Below are positions 15,148 to 27,436 of a stretch of 64,000 nt of DNA, piece after piece; the stretch's first letter is position 1; the number at the start of each line of letters is the position of its first letter. Below the pieces are notes generated by a model. The model worked only from the letters and a program-made list of their open reading frames with translations, did no database searches and was not told the origin of the DNA. The stretch comes from Rotaria socialis (lineage: Eukaryota), in the NCBI GenBank assembly GCA_905331295.1, contig CAJNYD010000449.1, positions 124,001 to 188,000 of the forward strand, read 5' to 3'. A program made the position numbers and the translations under genes.

Positions 15148-16068
15148 TTATTGATTTGTATTATTATGGTACTTGCCGTTTTCACTATAATCACCGCGAA
15201 GTCTTTTACAAACTAAAAGAAAATTAATTTCGTATTTGATAAATATATATATTATTTTATTTTTATTTTCCTCTTACTAGGCGATGGTAACGTTTCAATA
15301 TCAATATCTGAATCATCGTCGTCTGTCGACCGACGAATCGATGAATTCGTGTTATTGGATAGCACTGGTGTTGACGATGAAGATGATGAAGATGGGGGTG
15401 TTAAATCGACGGAATGTTGTCGAGCAATAGGTAGAAGTGGGCCGAAAGCACTGGGTGATTGGTTTGAAGTGACTAGTAAAGTTGTTGTCGATGATGGTGA
15501 CGGTGTTGAATATGATCGAATCGGAGACAGTGTGTTTAATCCATTTGGTAGTACGTGAATCGTCGATGAGTACATTGATGGCATTGGTGGCGGTGGTGGT
15601 GGTGGTGGGTGTGATTGTGATAGTATTGGGCCATAATCAAAACGGTGTTGATAAAATTCTGCAAGAAATGGAAGAGCAGCAACCGGATGAAAACTTCCCA
15701 TTGAACCAACAAATCGTTGCATTTGTTGAGAAAAAGCGTTTGGTTCACGCATTTGTGATAAATGTTTTGAACAAAAACCATGCCGTTGGGATTCTTTCTG
15801 ACATTGATCGATACCACATAAACGACGCCATTGTTTTCCATTAAATTTTTTACGTATTCCTGTATTACTGAAGAATAGAGAGAAAGACATGGAGATTAAT
15901 TTAACAAATTAGTTTTAGTTTTACCCCATTGTAAAAATATCTCCTTTTTTTATTCCTTGTAATTTATTAGCTGCTTGTTCTTGTTTTTGTAATTCTCTTT
16001 CGACTTCTTCATCATCTTCATCTTTCTGTTCAATGGGTGGCGTTGGAAATGCTGTTTGTTGCTGTTCA

Positions 16069-16103
<35 letters not shown>

Positions 16104-16724
16104 TGCTGGTAATTCAACTGATATTGGTCGAAACATAGTTGTCATTGATGTATTTTCACGATAAAGACGTAATTCCTCATGCCATGGTTCAATTAATAAA
16201 CGAATATTTTGTCTTGTAAACCAAACATCTTCTTTACCATTTTCATCTTGATGAATTTCATCATCATTATGATTAGTATTATTGTGAGAATTATTTAAAT
16301 CAATTGAAAATTCTAAACGTGTTGGATGTTTAGCTTGTATACGGCCACATTGAAATTGATTCAATTTATTAGTTTTAATTTGTCGAACACATACTTGTGT
16401 ATTAACAACAAGTTCTTGACATGCCGGAATATTATCAATTATAATTGATGGTAGGTGATTACAAATCGGCCGTGCTAGATCAACTTGTACTGTTGATGAT
16501 TGTTGATCACGAAGTGATATTGTGACAAGATGAGAATCAATTATATCAAGAATTGTACCCATATGATATATGTTTAAATTCTGATTGTCAAGCACTAATA
16601 CACTTTGATGACGCCATTGACTTGCCTCAAGTGAAAATGGCGTTACTGATAATGGTGAAGGCGTTGATGAACAACTTCGTTGTTGCCAACGTTTTTTTGG
16701 TGGTGATACTTCGTCGCACGCCAT
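15148..16724 (-). CDS. Capicua long-isoform N-terminal-module protein (Tudor-like region plus N1 Cys/His motif) with no HMG box or C1 domain, ~484 aa
   Basis: Exons 16724-15925, 15867-15278 and 15212-15148 total 1455 nt in frame. Motifs [18 protein letters not shown] and KKGDIFT...[35 protein letters not shown] match the CIC-L N-terminal region as I recall it. Confidence 0.85.
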
Positions 16725-17681
16725 TTAGTGTACGTCTAAAATGAATTTCACAAAAAAAATAAATACTTTCCTACTCAAACTACAAGACATGTAGTATTTT
16801 TTATTTTTATTATTCTTTTTCTTTGCAATTTAAATGGATAAAAAAAATGGGTGTGGGTATGTGCATGGAATTTGATGATGAAAACAGTTTTTTAATGACG
16901 TACACCGAACAGAAGGGCTGTTTTTGTTATTTTTCGGGTGTTGTTTTTTTCTTCACTTACTATTGCTTCTGTAATATTGTACGCAAAGGAATTTTTCAGC
17001 TGTTTTTTTATCAATGGAACGTGAGTGATTCAACAAGTATTCATCGGCTTTAGTATGTTGGGAAAAAAGCTAACCCATCTGTATGTTGAAATTCAGAAAG
17101 AAAAAAGAAAAAAATATCTTATGAAGTGTCTACAAAAATAGGTTGAATGTATACTGGTAAATAAAAAACGAAGAGAAATTTAAGAAAAAAACAGATACGT
17201 CTATTCGAATATAACAGAAAGAAAAAGAAAATGAGAGCAAGTAACTGCATTCATCAGCTGACGTTACTTGTTTTCCTTTTTCTCTCTATCTCGATTCATC
17301 TATGCAAATGCATTATTATTACTATTATTATTATTATTATTATTGCTGCTGTTGTTGTCTAAAAAGGAGTTGTACTTTGTTTGTCTGTGATGCTCAACTA
17401 TGGACACATATACGCATTTTGCACTACGAACGTACGATGTAACAGTCGTACAGTGAAAGCAACACATGTTTGTATCGTTTCATCTGACATACATTCTTGT
17501 ATAGAAAACAGATGTTACTATGTGCATAAAACCGTTTCTCTTCCTACTTACTTGAGTGACAATGAATTGAAGAAAGAGACAGGCGGAAAAGAAAACAAAA
17601 TTGACAGCAATATTGAGAAAAATGACTATTTTTCAACATTTTTTTCCTTTTGTCAACGCGAATGAAACCTTTTCAAAAAAG

Positions 17682-17716
17682 AAAAGGAAAAGGAAAAGGA
17701 AAAGGAAAAGGAAAAA
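17682..17716. repeat. (AAAAGG)n hexamer microsatellite
   Basis: About 5 consecutive aaaagg units seen directly. Confidence 0.85.
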
Positions 17717-19038
17717 ACGAAAACATTCATCCATATAGAACATAGTATATTATTCATCTCTTCAGTTTACGAGCATACAAATAAAATTACAATACGAACA
17801 TGTGTGTACGTGAAGGAGAAATCCACATAAATTGAGAATAAAAGTATATATTCTACAATCTATCGTGTCGTTTTTTATTTTTTTATTTTTCATCAGAAAA
17901 TACAGGTTAAAGTCATTTTGAAACGTTGAAAAAGGTGCAAAAATTACTAATAATATTCTTATCATAATTGCACGTGTATTAAGCTACCATCAAACAGCAA
18001 TAAACATACGTAAAGTAATCAGGTGACAGTATTTATGTAGAAGAAAATACTGTATGAAATAGATTAATATAACCTAAGTTCCTTACCACTAAATTCATTG
18101 CTCTCAATCAAAGAAAACGTTCACCCAGGAAAAGAAAAAGAAAAGAAGGAAAGCAAATAACCGCAAGGAATATTCCATCAATTTATCTAAAAAACACTTT
18201 AAAAATGACTATGAAGCTCAATAATAAAGCGTAGTAGTAAAGATACGCCTATTTATAGAGTACAGGCGCCGGATGACGAAACCAGACGAAAGAAAACAGC
18301 AAAAAAAACAAGCGAGAGAAAACGACTGCGGTAACGTATATATGTCTTTCTCCTTTTCAGTTTCTCTCGCTTTTTTCTCTTTCACGCACTCTCAGTATGA
18401 TCAACTCTCGGGGTGTTTTTTCATGTTTTTCTCTCTGTCGTCGATGCTTTTTCCTTTTTGCCACATCTTCTTTGCCTTCTATCTTTCTTCTTTGACATAA
18501 ACACATAGACACAATCTGAGTTCGTGGACAAACTGCAAGTTGCGCAAGGGTATGCGTATGTTATATAGCGACTCGATTCTTTGATTTACACATACACACG
18601 TAGTTGCGTACGTACGCACTGTTAGCGATTACGTTCTTTTTTTCGAATTTCTTTCCTTTCTACATCGCTTTTCTTTCTTGTTGTCGATCCCATGTTTTTG
18701 TTAATAGCAGAGTGATGTGTACGTGACAGAGCAATGCTACATATCATTGCACGATTAAAATCATGTTTTTTTTTCTTGCTGTCAAAGTGTAATATATGTT
18801 TGTCTATGTGTGTGTGTATATATAGGAAGCCTCATATATAAAAGAGTTACCTTTAACAATGAGTAATTCATCATAGTATTCATGTGATGAAATTTACATT
18901 GATATGTATATAGAATTTTCTATTTTCGTTTACCATTTTTGACTAATCAGAAAAAAAATATTCATCTAAAAAAGGTTTATTGAAATAAAACAAAACAGAA
19001 AAAAGAACAATTGAAATTAATAGTGTGTTTAGTTATTT

Positions 19039-22000
19039 TTATTTGTTGCAAAATAATTCAATTAATTCATTTCGATACTGTATATTTTCAATTTGACTCA
19101 ATTCATTCTCAATAGAATCATTCCAATGATTGGATTTTGTTAAATCAAACTAAAACAAAAAAATTCAAAACAACAAAAATAAACATTTGTTTTTCAGTAA
19201 TCGAAAATTAGCATACTCGACTAATAATTTTATATAAAAATCCATATAATGAATGATTGATTGATTCTGGAAGAAATAAAATATCTTCTTTTGATTGACA
19301 ATGGTCAAGATCAAGAATATGTTTGCATGATAAAAAAAATATATTTTCTACAAATAAAAATAAAAATAAAAAAAGGTTGCAGAAAGTTTTCGTTTACCCG
19401 TCGATAAATTGTTAACACCTTCAAAATTTATTTTTAAGGCTTTCATTCGGGCTGGATGTAATAGTAACACATTTGAAGTACCTAAACATAATCAAGCATA
19501 TGATAACAAAAAAAAAACAAGAGACAACAAAAACAAATTCAGTGAAATTTATGAATAGCAATCACATAGAGTGTACAAAGCCACAATCAAGACAATTGTT
19601 ATATAGATGTATGAAATACTTACGCATTATTAAAAAGAAGATGCTTAAAAAAACAATAACATAGATATATAAATATGAAGATATAAATTAGATATCTTTT
19701 ATACAACTAAAAAATTAAGAAAAGAAAAAGAAACAATACCTGAAATTTGACATTGACCAAACATTCCAACAACTTGATTTGATTGGAATTGATCAAATAA
19801 GGACCATAATTTATCAAAAGATTTCATAAAGATTATATTTGAATTTAAATATACAACACGATCAACATTTAATATTGTCTAAAAATAGTTTTCTTTATTA
19901 TTATTAACTAATAATTATAAATTCATAAATATCCTCTCTTTTTAATTATACACAATAGTTTAGACTTCTAATCTTCCTTTTCTATTTACAACATTATCAG
20001 TAAAATAAGAACGTATTTGTTCATATGAAATTTAATAATGAACAAAACTTCCTGATTTTACAACGGTATATTTCTCGTTGAAAAACATGCCATTTGTTTA
20101 TGCAGTAAATTCCTACTTTGCTTTTTCTCCTGGAGTTATCAAGGAAACATATTTTACAATTCAAAATCCAGTCAACATACTGATAATTGCAATGGATGTT
20201 TTATCGTAGTGTTGTAATATGTAATTGTATAGTGCATCAGCTTCATCTAAATGTAAATTATTTAATTATAGATTTTTGTTTCTTCTGTTCGTCAATATTT
20301 TTACCTGTTTCGAAAAATAGTTTTGCGCATCGCTATCCGTTACAATAACATGTAAATGCATCTGATCAGTTTTATTTGAGGAAAATAATGAAAGTGATTT
20401 AAGAAGAACGTAGGACTGTTCAATAAATTTCCAATCATTACTAAATATTAATGCAATATGAAAGAGATTTTTCGATGAATAATTTAATGATGATATTTCT
20501 TTTGATAAATGCTTGGTAAATAATTCTTGAGTTTTACCACAGTTAGTTAATGAATATTTTTTTAAATTACTTTGTATGTTCGCTAATAATGAAGATTTAA
20601 TATTTGAATTAAAGTTCCAATTGAGAATAACTTCATAGATAGATTTAAATTCTTGATATTTATCATTATGAAATGCACTACGACAACCATGAATTATTTT
20701 AATACCATCTAATTTAGCCACTTGACAATTATTTTCATACATACAATGATCCGGTCGATAATTCCAATTACAACTGAATTCATAGATTTGCTCTAGAATA
20801 AAAAATACAAAGACAAAATAGCACTGAGATGTGTTTCCTTCAAATCGCAATAAATCTACCTGGATAGTAATTAAAATAAATATTTAATAAACATTGATCG
20901 CCCCAAGTAATATTCAAATGAAATTCATCAAAAATGTTCATTATCTTTGAAACCATATTCACCTGGCGCATACGGGTTAAATTCATTAACATGACACCAG
21001 AATTCAGTCCTATTTAAATCAAATGTAAGATTATATCAGTAGTTAAATATTAAGAAATGAAGATTCGTACATGAAAATTAATGATAACATTACATTCTAG
21101 TTGTCATAAAAAGATTATTTTTTTTCTTATAACTAGATCCTTCTATGAGTTTTTTTGTTTTCAATGCTTTTATAGTTTAACTTTATTGATTAATATGTCG
21201 TCGATGATTAGATGAGAATTTATTTAAATAAACATTTTTCAAACGAATGTTTTAGATTGTTTAATGATACAAGAAATATAGAATAATTGTCAGAACGTTA
21301 TTTTTTACGAGAAGCAAACGAACAGATGATATAATCATTGACTCCCTGTGAATTTTTGTTTTTGAGGGAAAAAATCTTTTTATATCAATCAGTATCACAG
21401 GAAAAGATAAGAATGCTATCAATTGCTTTCAGCCAACATTGTCTATAAGAGTGCAAAAGGTCGTAGAAATTTTCTTTATGCCGGAAACTTCTGGGTAAAA
21501 AAAGCCCACGCCATTGGCGGTTCCTTATCGGCAAAGCTTATGTACGCTGAGTTGTTCTTAGTTTTGAAGAGGGATTTCTTTTTATAAAGAACTAAAATAA
21601 AACTAGACTATCAAACCATCATGTAGAAATACACAAGAAATAATGTGTTAATAAGTTATTTAATGATCACGTTATTGTTTATTATTTTTGCTTATTTTTA
21701 ATATTTGCATGTGACTGGATTGTTGTAAAAAATTCCCATCAAAGATCATATTTTACAAAATCAAGACACTATGAATATCTGTTTTTTATGACACAAAAAG
21801 AAAAGAAATGTAACAATATGTTTCTATTTTTAATATTACTAGCTAACCTATTGTTTAGCCTACCCATTGCTCCATAATAAGGATGTCGTGCAAATCGATT
21901 ATACCATCCCATAGATGGATCTTCGTGTTCTGGTGTCAATGCAGCCAATTGCGTTGAATTAAATTTTCGAAAAAAGCGCCATAAACTTCTGACATTACTT

Positions 22001-22572
22001 AAAAATAGTATGTCCGTATCAATATAAATGACTGAATCAATATTTGTCAATATATCCTTAAACAAGATAAAAACAATAGCAGTTTGAACGATTGATCTTA
22101 CATATTCAACTAACCGGAATGAATAAACGCTGAGTACAGCATGGTTTAAATAATTTTCTCCATCGTTCATCATTTCCACGTGTAAATTGAATTGAATAAA
22201 ATTCGATTTGAAATTTCAATTTATATTCAATAGGCCATTCGGTATTAATCTTTAATTTATAACGATATAAATTAGAACAAAAATTCAAATAAAATATGTT
22301 ACTTTTTCATTAAATTGCTCTCTTAAATGATCTTCAGTAAAAATATGAAAAATAATTGGTGATGGTGTAAAAATTAATGATGATTTCAATGCGTTCAATG
22401 CTTCTTCAAGTCTAGCGAAAACAAAAATAAAATTGATGAAAATAAAACAGGCAATGTTGCTTTGATTGATTCTATACCTATCACCACAGACGACTAAAGT
22501 TAAATGTATCGGTTTAAGTGCATATATTTCCGTATTTAAAACAATTAATAAAGTAAAATAATTGAAATTCAT
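19039..22572 (-). CDS. GXYLT: Glucoside xylosyltransferase (GT8, GXYLT/Shams-like) with an extra degenerate C-terminal GT8 repeat
   Basis: Motifs [36 protein letters not shown] (DxD), [33 protein letters not shown] and [12 protein letters not shown]. Further in-frame exons continue to a TAA ending at 19039. Confidence 0.9.
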
Positions 22573-22658
22573 CTACGAACAAATAATATTCATATTTCTT
22601 TTCTTTTTGTTAATCTTGTTGCATCAAAACACAAAAGTAAAATCTCTAGAAAACACTG

Positions 22659-22777
22659 ATACACAAAAATTAAAAAGAAAATAGCCATTCGAAAGATAAA
22701 AAAACAAGGTTAATACGCAAAAATTACAAAGAAAATAGTCATTCGAAAGACAAAAAAACAAGGTTAATACACAAAAT
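22659..22777. repeat. 54-bp tandem repeat (~2.2 copies) just upstream of the GXYLT start
   Basis: atagYcattcgaaagaYaaaaaaacaaggttaatac occurs at 22681 and 22735. Confidence 0.9.
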
Positions 22778-23557
22778 ACCAAAAAGAACAATATACACCA
22801 GTAGTCAAAAGTTTACTCGCGACAGCATCTTTAATGTCTATATTTATTAGAGATCTAATGATTTGTTATGCATACTATATGCCAATAAATGTAGACCAAC
22901 AATAAGATCTCACTGAATAGTAACTTCGAATACTAAGAAACCTATTGACGGGTGCCGTCTATTAAAGTTTTAAGTATAAGTCTCTATCGAAATACAAGAT
23001 TTGTTTTTGATATGTTTACATAGACTTCAGATTTGACTCCATTATGTTTTGTCACTACGAAAGAAAACTTATTAGAGAAATTATGAATGTGGCTGAACAA
23101 AGATGTTTAACTGAAAGAAAAGTCTATGTAAACATTAGCGTTCAGTTCACCGAATTAGTAGTACTCATAAGTAAGAGTTTCTAGAGAGTAATATATATTT
23201 ATATAGTTTTTCTTCATATAGGTGACTACAGGAAAATGTATAAAGACGCTATTAATCGAATTGAGATCATGTTTTTGAACTAAATTCTTGACAAATAATA
23301 TATATATATATATATATATATATGTAAATTTTAAGATTTCTAATACTTATAATACGCAAGATTCGGTAAGGTAAAGACTGTTATTCATTACTGTTGATAT
23401 ATAAATAACTTTCTCCCATTCTCTCATAAGATTTAATGATTCTTTTGGAATTTTTTTCTTAGTAAAATGGAAGAAAAAGATAAAAGCACACGCACACGCA
23501 CACACACACATTTATATATTTATAAATATATACTAATGACTTTTGCATTTTAAATGA

Positions 23558-26349
23558 CTAGGAAGATGAAAAATCAAAAGCAATCATTTCTAAAACTGAT
23601 ATGGAAAAGTAGGGCAATGAACACAGTGGTTCATTATTAAATGTTTCACAATGAGCTGTACGACCTTCACACAATGACGAATCAATACACAAACCATCAG
23701 CATTACTAAAAATGAAATTATATATATATATATATATATATCGTTGTTTATTTTTAATTTTTAATTTTATACCCTCCACCAATAACTAGTTTTTCATTAT
23801 TAACAAATAAGAATAGTTCTCTTGTAACTTTGGATTGACGATTATCATTTTCTTGTTGTTGTCCAACCCAAGGAAATTTTATTTTCTTTGGTAAAAGTGT
23901 AAATAAATATGATTCACCAAATCCAAAAAATGTTTTAGTATGACGATCAGACCAAAGACCTGCACAAAATGCACCGAAGATCTATTGAGACAAAATAAAA
24001 GAAGAATAAGAATAATCATTGGCTGTACTTATTAAGGAAAATGATCTTTTCTTGTTCTGTTTTCGAATTCCGGACAAGTATTAAAAAAAAGAAGCAAAGC
24101 AGTTTTTCACGTTAATATTCTCAAAATTTATCTAACTTCTGTTTCACAACAAAAAAGAAACAACTGAAGAAATATTAACCTCGCCAGTAGTTGTTTTAAT
24201 AACTAATATCGAATATTCAAGTTCATCGATTTTTTCTAATAAAGTTTGTAAGCGAAATCCATGTTCTTGAGTAGTAAACACTAGGATAGGTTGAGAAAGA
24301 CTAAGACGTGCTGGTAACCAATTCCATAGGGCAAAAAACTAAAATGAAACAAAATAATAAGATTTCTTTTATGGTTTCATTCCACATAATTTAATAAATA
24401 CTTGTTGATGATCGAGTATAGATGTGCTGGGTATTCTTGTAAGATGTTGAGGAGTGAAAAATATAGAATGACGCGGACTAATACTTCCATTATTTTGATT
24501 CGAATTATTATTATTATTACTGTTATTATTATTGTTATTATTATTAGAATTACTATTCAGTTGATTGTTATCATCGGTTCGAGGATTAAAGCGAGTTGTA
24601 TGTAATAGTTTTTCTTCTTGATCAATCAATTGTTCTATTGTACTTCTTTTTAAGTTTCGAATATGAAATGCAGCCTAAAAGAGAAAAAAAGTCTTATTCT
24701 TCTTTGTCAATAATAATAATAATAAAAATAGCAATTTATTCACACACTCGCTCCTTGTTCATGTATTGCAAATTTTTAGATATTCAAATTACTTACATTT
24801 AATAAATTTTCAATGGATATAGGAATTTGTTTACAAAAATCAGCTATATTTTGAATATTTCCATTTGATTCATGCTTAATCGCTAGATAAACGTAATAAA
24901 AAAACAAAAACAAATTATTATGCGTTCAATAGTGAATTCAATAAGAAAAAAAGCTGCTAATATCCCAAAATAAAATAATATTTTGTTGATCATCCCCTTT
25001 CTTCTATTAAAAAAAAAGAATAGTTAAAATAATATGGTTAGTATTCATGCATTTCCTAAAACGCCTATCTGTTAGTACCACATAGCTTATATTAATACAT
25101 TATGATGAGTAGTAGACTGTGAACTTCTTTTCAAAAAATAAATAAATAAATAGATAAAAACTAGCATGAATTCATGGTGTGCCAATATGGAAAATAAAAG
25201 CGAATATTTACACAAACAATTGTACGAATGAGGTTCTACAAAATGACATGATAGAATTAAAAATAAAAACGATCACTTAATGTTTTTGTTTAATCTTTTT
25301 CCTGATAATTGTTTTTTTTAAACATACTTTTAATATATAAATGAACCAATGTTAAACTAATACGATATAACATTTTTGGACCTTCAAGAAAGAAACAATC
25401 GATAATTTTCGCCTATATAAAAAAATAATCATTAGAAAGATAAAAAAGTTTAAAATTTAAATTTCATACAAGATAAGATAATGGTAGATAACGAAATATC
25501 CACCAAAACCATTCTTGATAAAATACTTTTGTATTTGTATAACGTAATTCAATTGCATCAGCCGTTGATTTCTATAGTAACAAAATTTTATTTTTCTATT
25601 TTAATGCTGAATTAACTTACATAATACATTTTTAATAGTCTTTTAAATACATTACAATTAGCTTCCCACTGTAAACGTGTTTCACCGCATAACCAATGTT
25701 TAATTAGTAAACGATTTACTAAATATAATACTTCATTTTCAGTAAAATAATGTAAAAGTAAAGATGACAATGGTTCTAATGCTGGACAATAAGTTAAATC
25801 AGGATGATGTAAAGCAAATGTGAATAAAATCCGTTGCAATAATAAACATCCTGTAGATTCAGTCAAATGATAAAAGCATAAATTAGTCGTGTCGACAAAG
25901 TTTGGCCACTGATTTAATTTTGTTGATAATGATTGTAAACTACTATCAATCGTTACTGCTGACGCTGATATAGGTATTTGTGATGCATGATGAATATTAT
26001 GGGATTGTTTCGAAGTACTAACTCGATTTAATGTTAATATATTCATCCATAATTGTCTACGGATAGGATGATCAATGGGCCATATTGTTAAACGTATTAT
26101 TGATTTAAGACGATTAAAATCATCATCGGATACAGAATGAGACGAGATATTTTTGGATGGATCAATTGAATTTAAAAAATGGTTACTGGTATTATTTGAG
26201 GAAAGAAGATCGATAAGATCTTTATGTTTGGAATTATATTGCTGCTGATATTGTTGTTGTTGATGATGAGATTGTTGTTTTTGTAATTGAGTTATCGTAT
26301 CGCCAGCAATAACAACATTGTTGAATGGGTGGCTATTGCCATCCGCCAT
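23558..26349 (-). CDS. TBC1D24: TBC1D24/skywalker-like protein (TBC domain plus C-terminal TLDc domain)
   Basis: TBC motifs WPIDHPIRRQLW, HPDLTYCPALEPLSSLLLHY and IIDCFFLEGPK; TLDc motifs LWNWLPARL, FTTQEHGFRLQTL, IFGAFC, FFGFGESYLFTL and CETFNNEPLC. About 8 exons. Confidence 0.92.
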
Positions 26350-27436
26350 TCAAACATCTAGCTCGGTTCAAATGAGCCTAAAATAGATAAGAAAAAGGAT
26401 AGACAGATTCAGGAGTCTAATACAAATAACAGCCATGTCGTTCTCTTCTTTTTCTTTTTTTCTCCTTAGTCTTTTTTTTCTGCTTTCCCGTTTTTGTTTA
26501 TCAGATAAGTGTGACAAAAACTTGCATTTCTTTCGCTCCCTCGTCCTCTCTCTCTCACGCACACACACACGCATACACTCTCTTCTTCTCTCTTATCTTT
26601 GGTTGTCGAAAGTCAAGTAGTTGAGTAAGAAAGCTGATCGATCGACACAAGAGAAAATGCAAAGAAAAACGTTTTTGATGACGCATAGTACATGAGCTTT
26701 CATTGAGTTTTTCTTTCTTTCTAGTTGTTTTTTATTCCTCTATCTATTGTTAAATATTCGGATGTTGCTATGTCGAGTGAATCAATTTGTTCATGCATAC
26801 TGCTTTTCACATCGTTTAACAATCATGGTATCCGTATATAGTTGTAAGTTTCATCCTATGTCTCAAGGACAAAAGTAATACTTCGATATTTTCTCATCTT
26901 AGATAAGGCAAAAATAAGAAGAAAAAATAGAAAACTTAAAAGAACGAGAACAGCAACAAGACGGATGAGAAAAGGAAAGTATATATTAATATATCTAGAT
27001 GGAGGAGCACCATCACCACATGAGAGACGCGAAGAACGAACCAGAGAATGCAATTACTACCTTCTTTTCTTTCTAGCTTTTTTTTTGTGCTGGTGTTTCT
27101 TTCTCTTGACTTTCAAATCATACAATAGATGGCAGTAAAGCCTCTTTATTTAAGAACTAAGATCAATTCTATATGACATAATTAATCTATATCGCATATC
27201 AATAACATGATTTACCACTGATTTGTTTTAAAAAAGTAATCTGGTGTTCTAAGTTGTTGACAACGCATTGATTTAGTGAACAGCTATGATGAAACATAAT
27301 ACTATTAAATAATCAACGAATAATATCTGAAATAAGGAAAAGAAAAAACAAACAAGATAAGCACTGCTTTGTTTTCATAAACAAAAATCGGATTAAACTT
27401 ATTTAGTTTTTTCTTTCAATTAAAAACAAAAATTTA

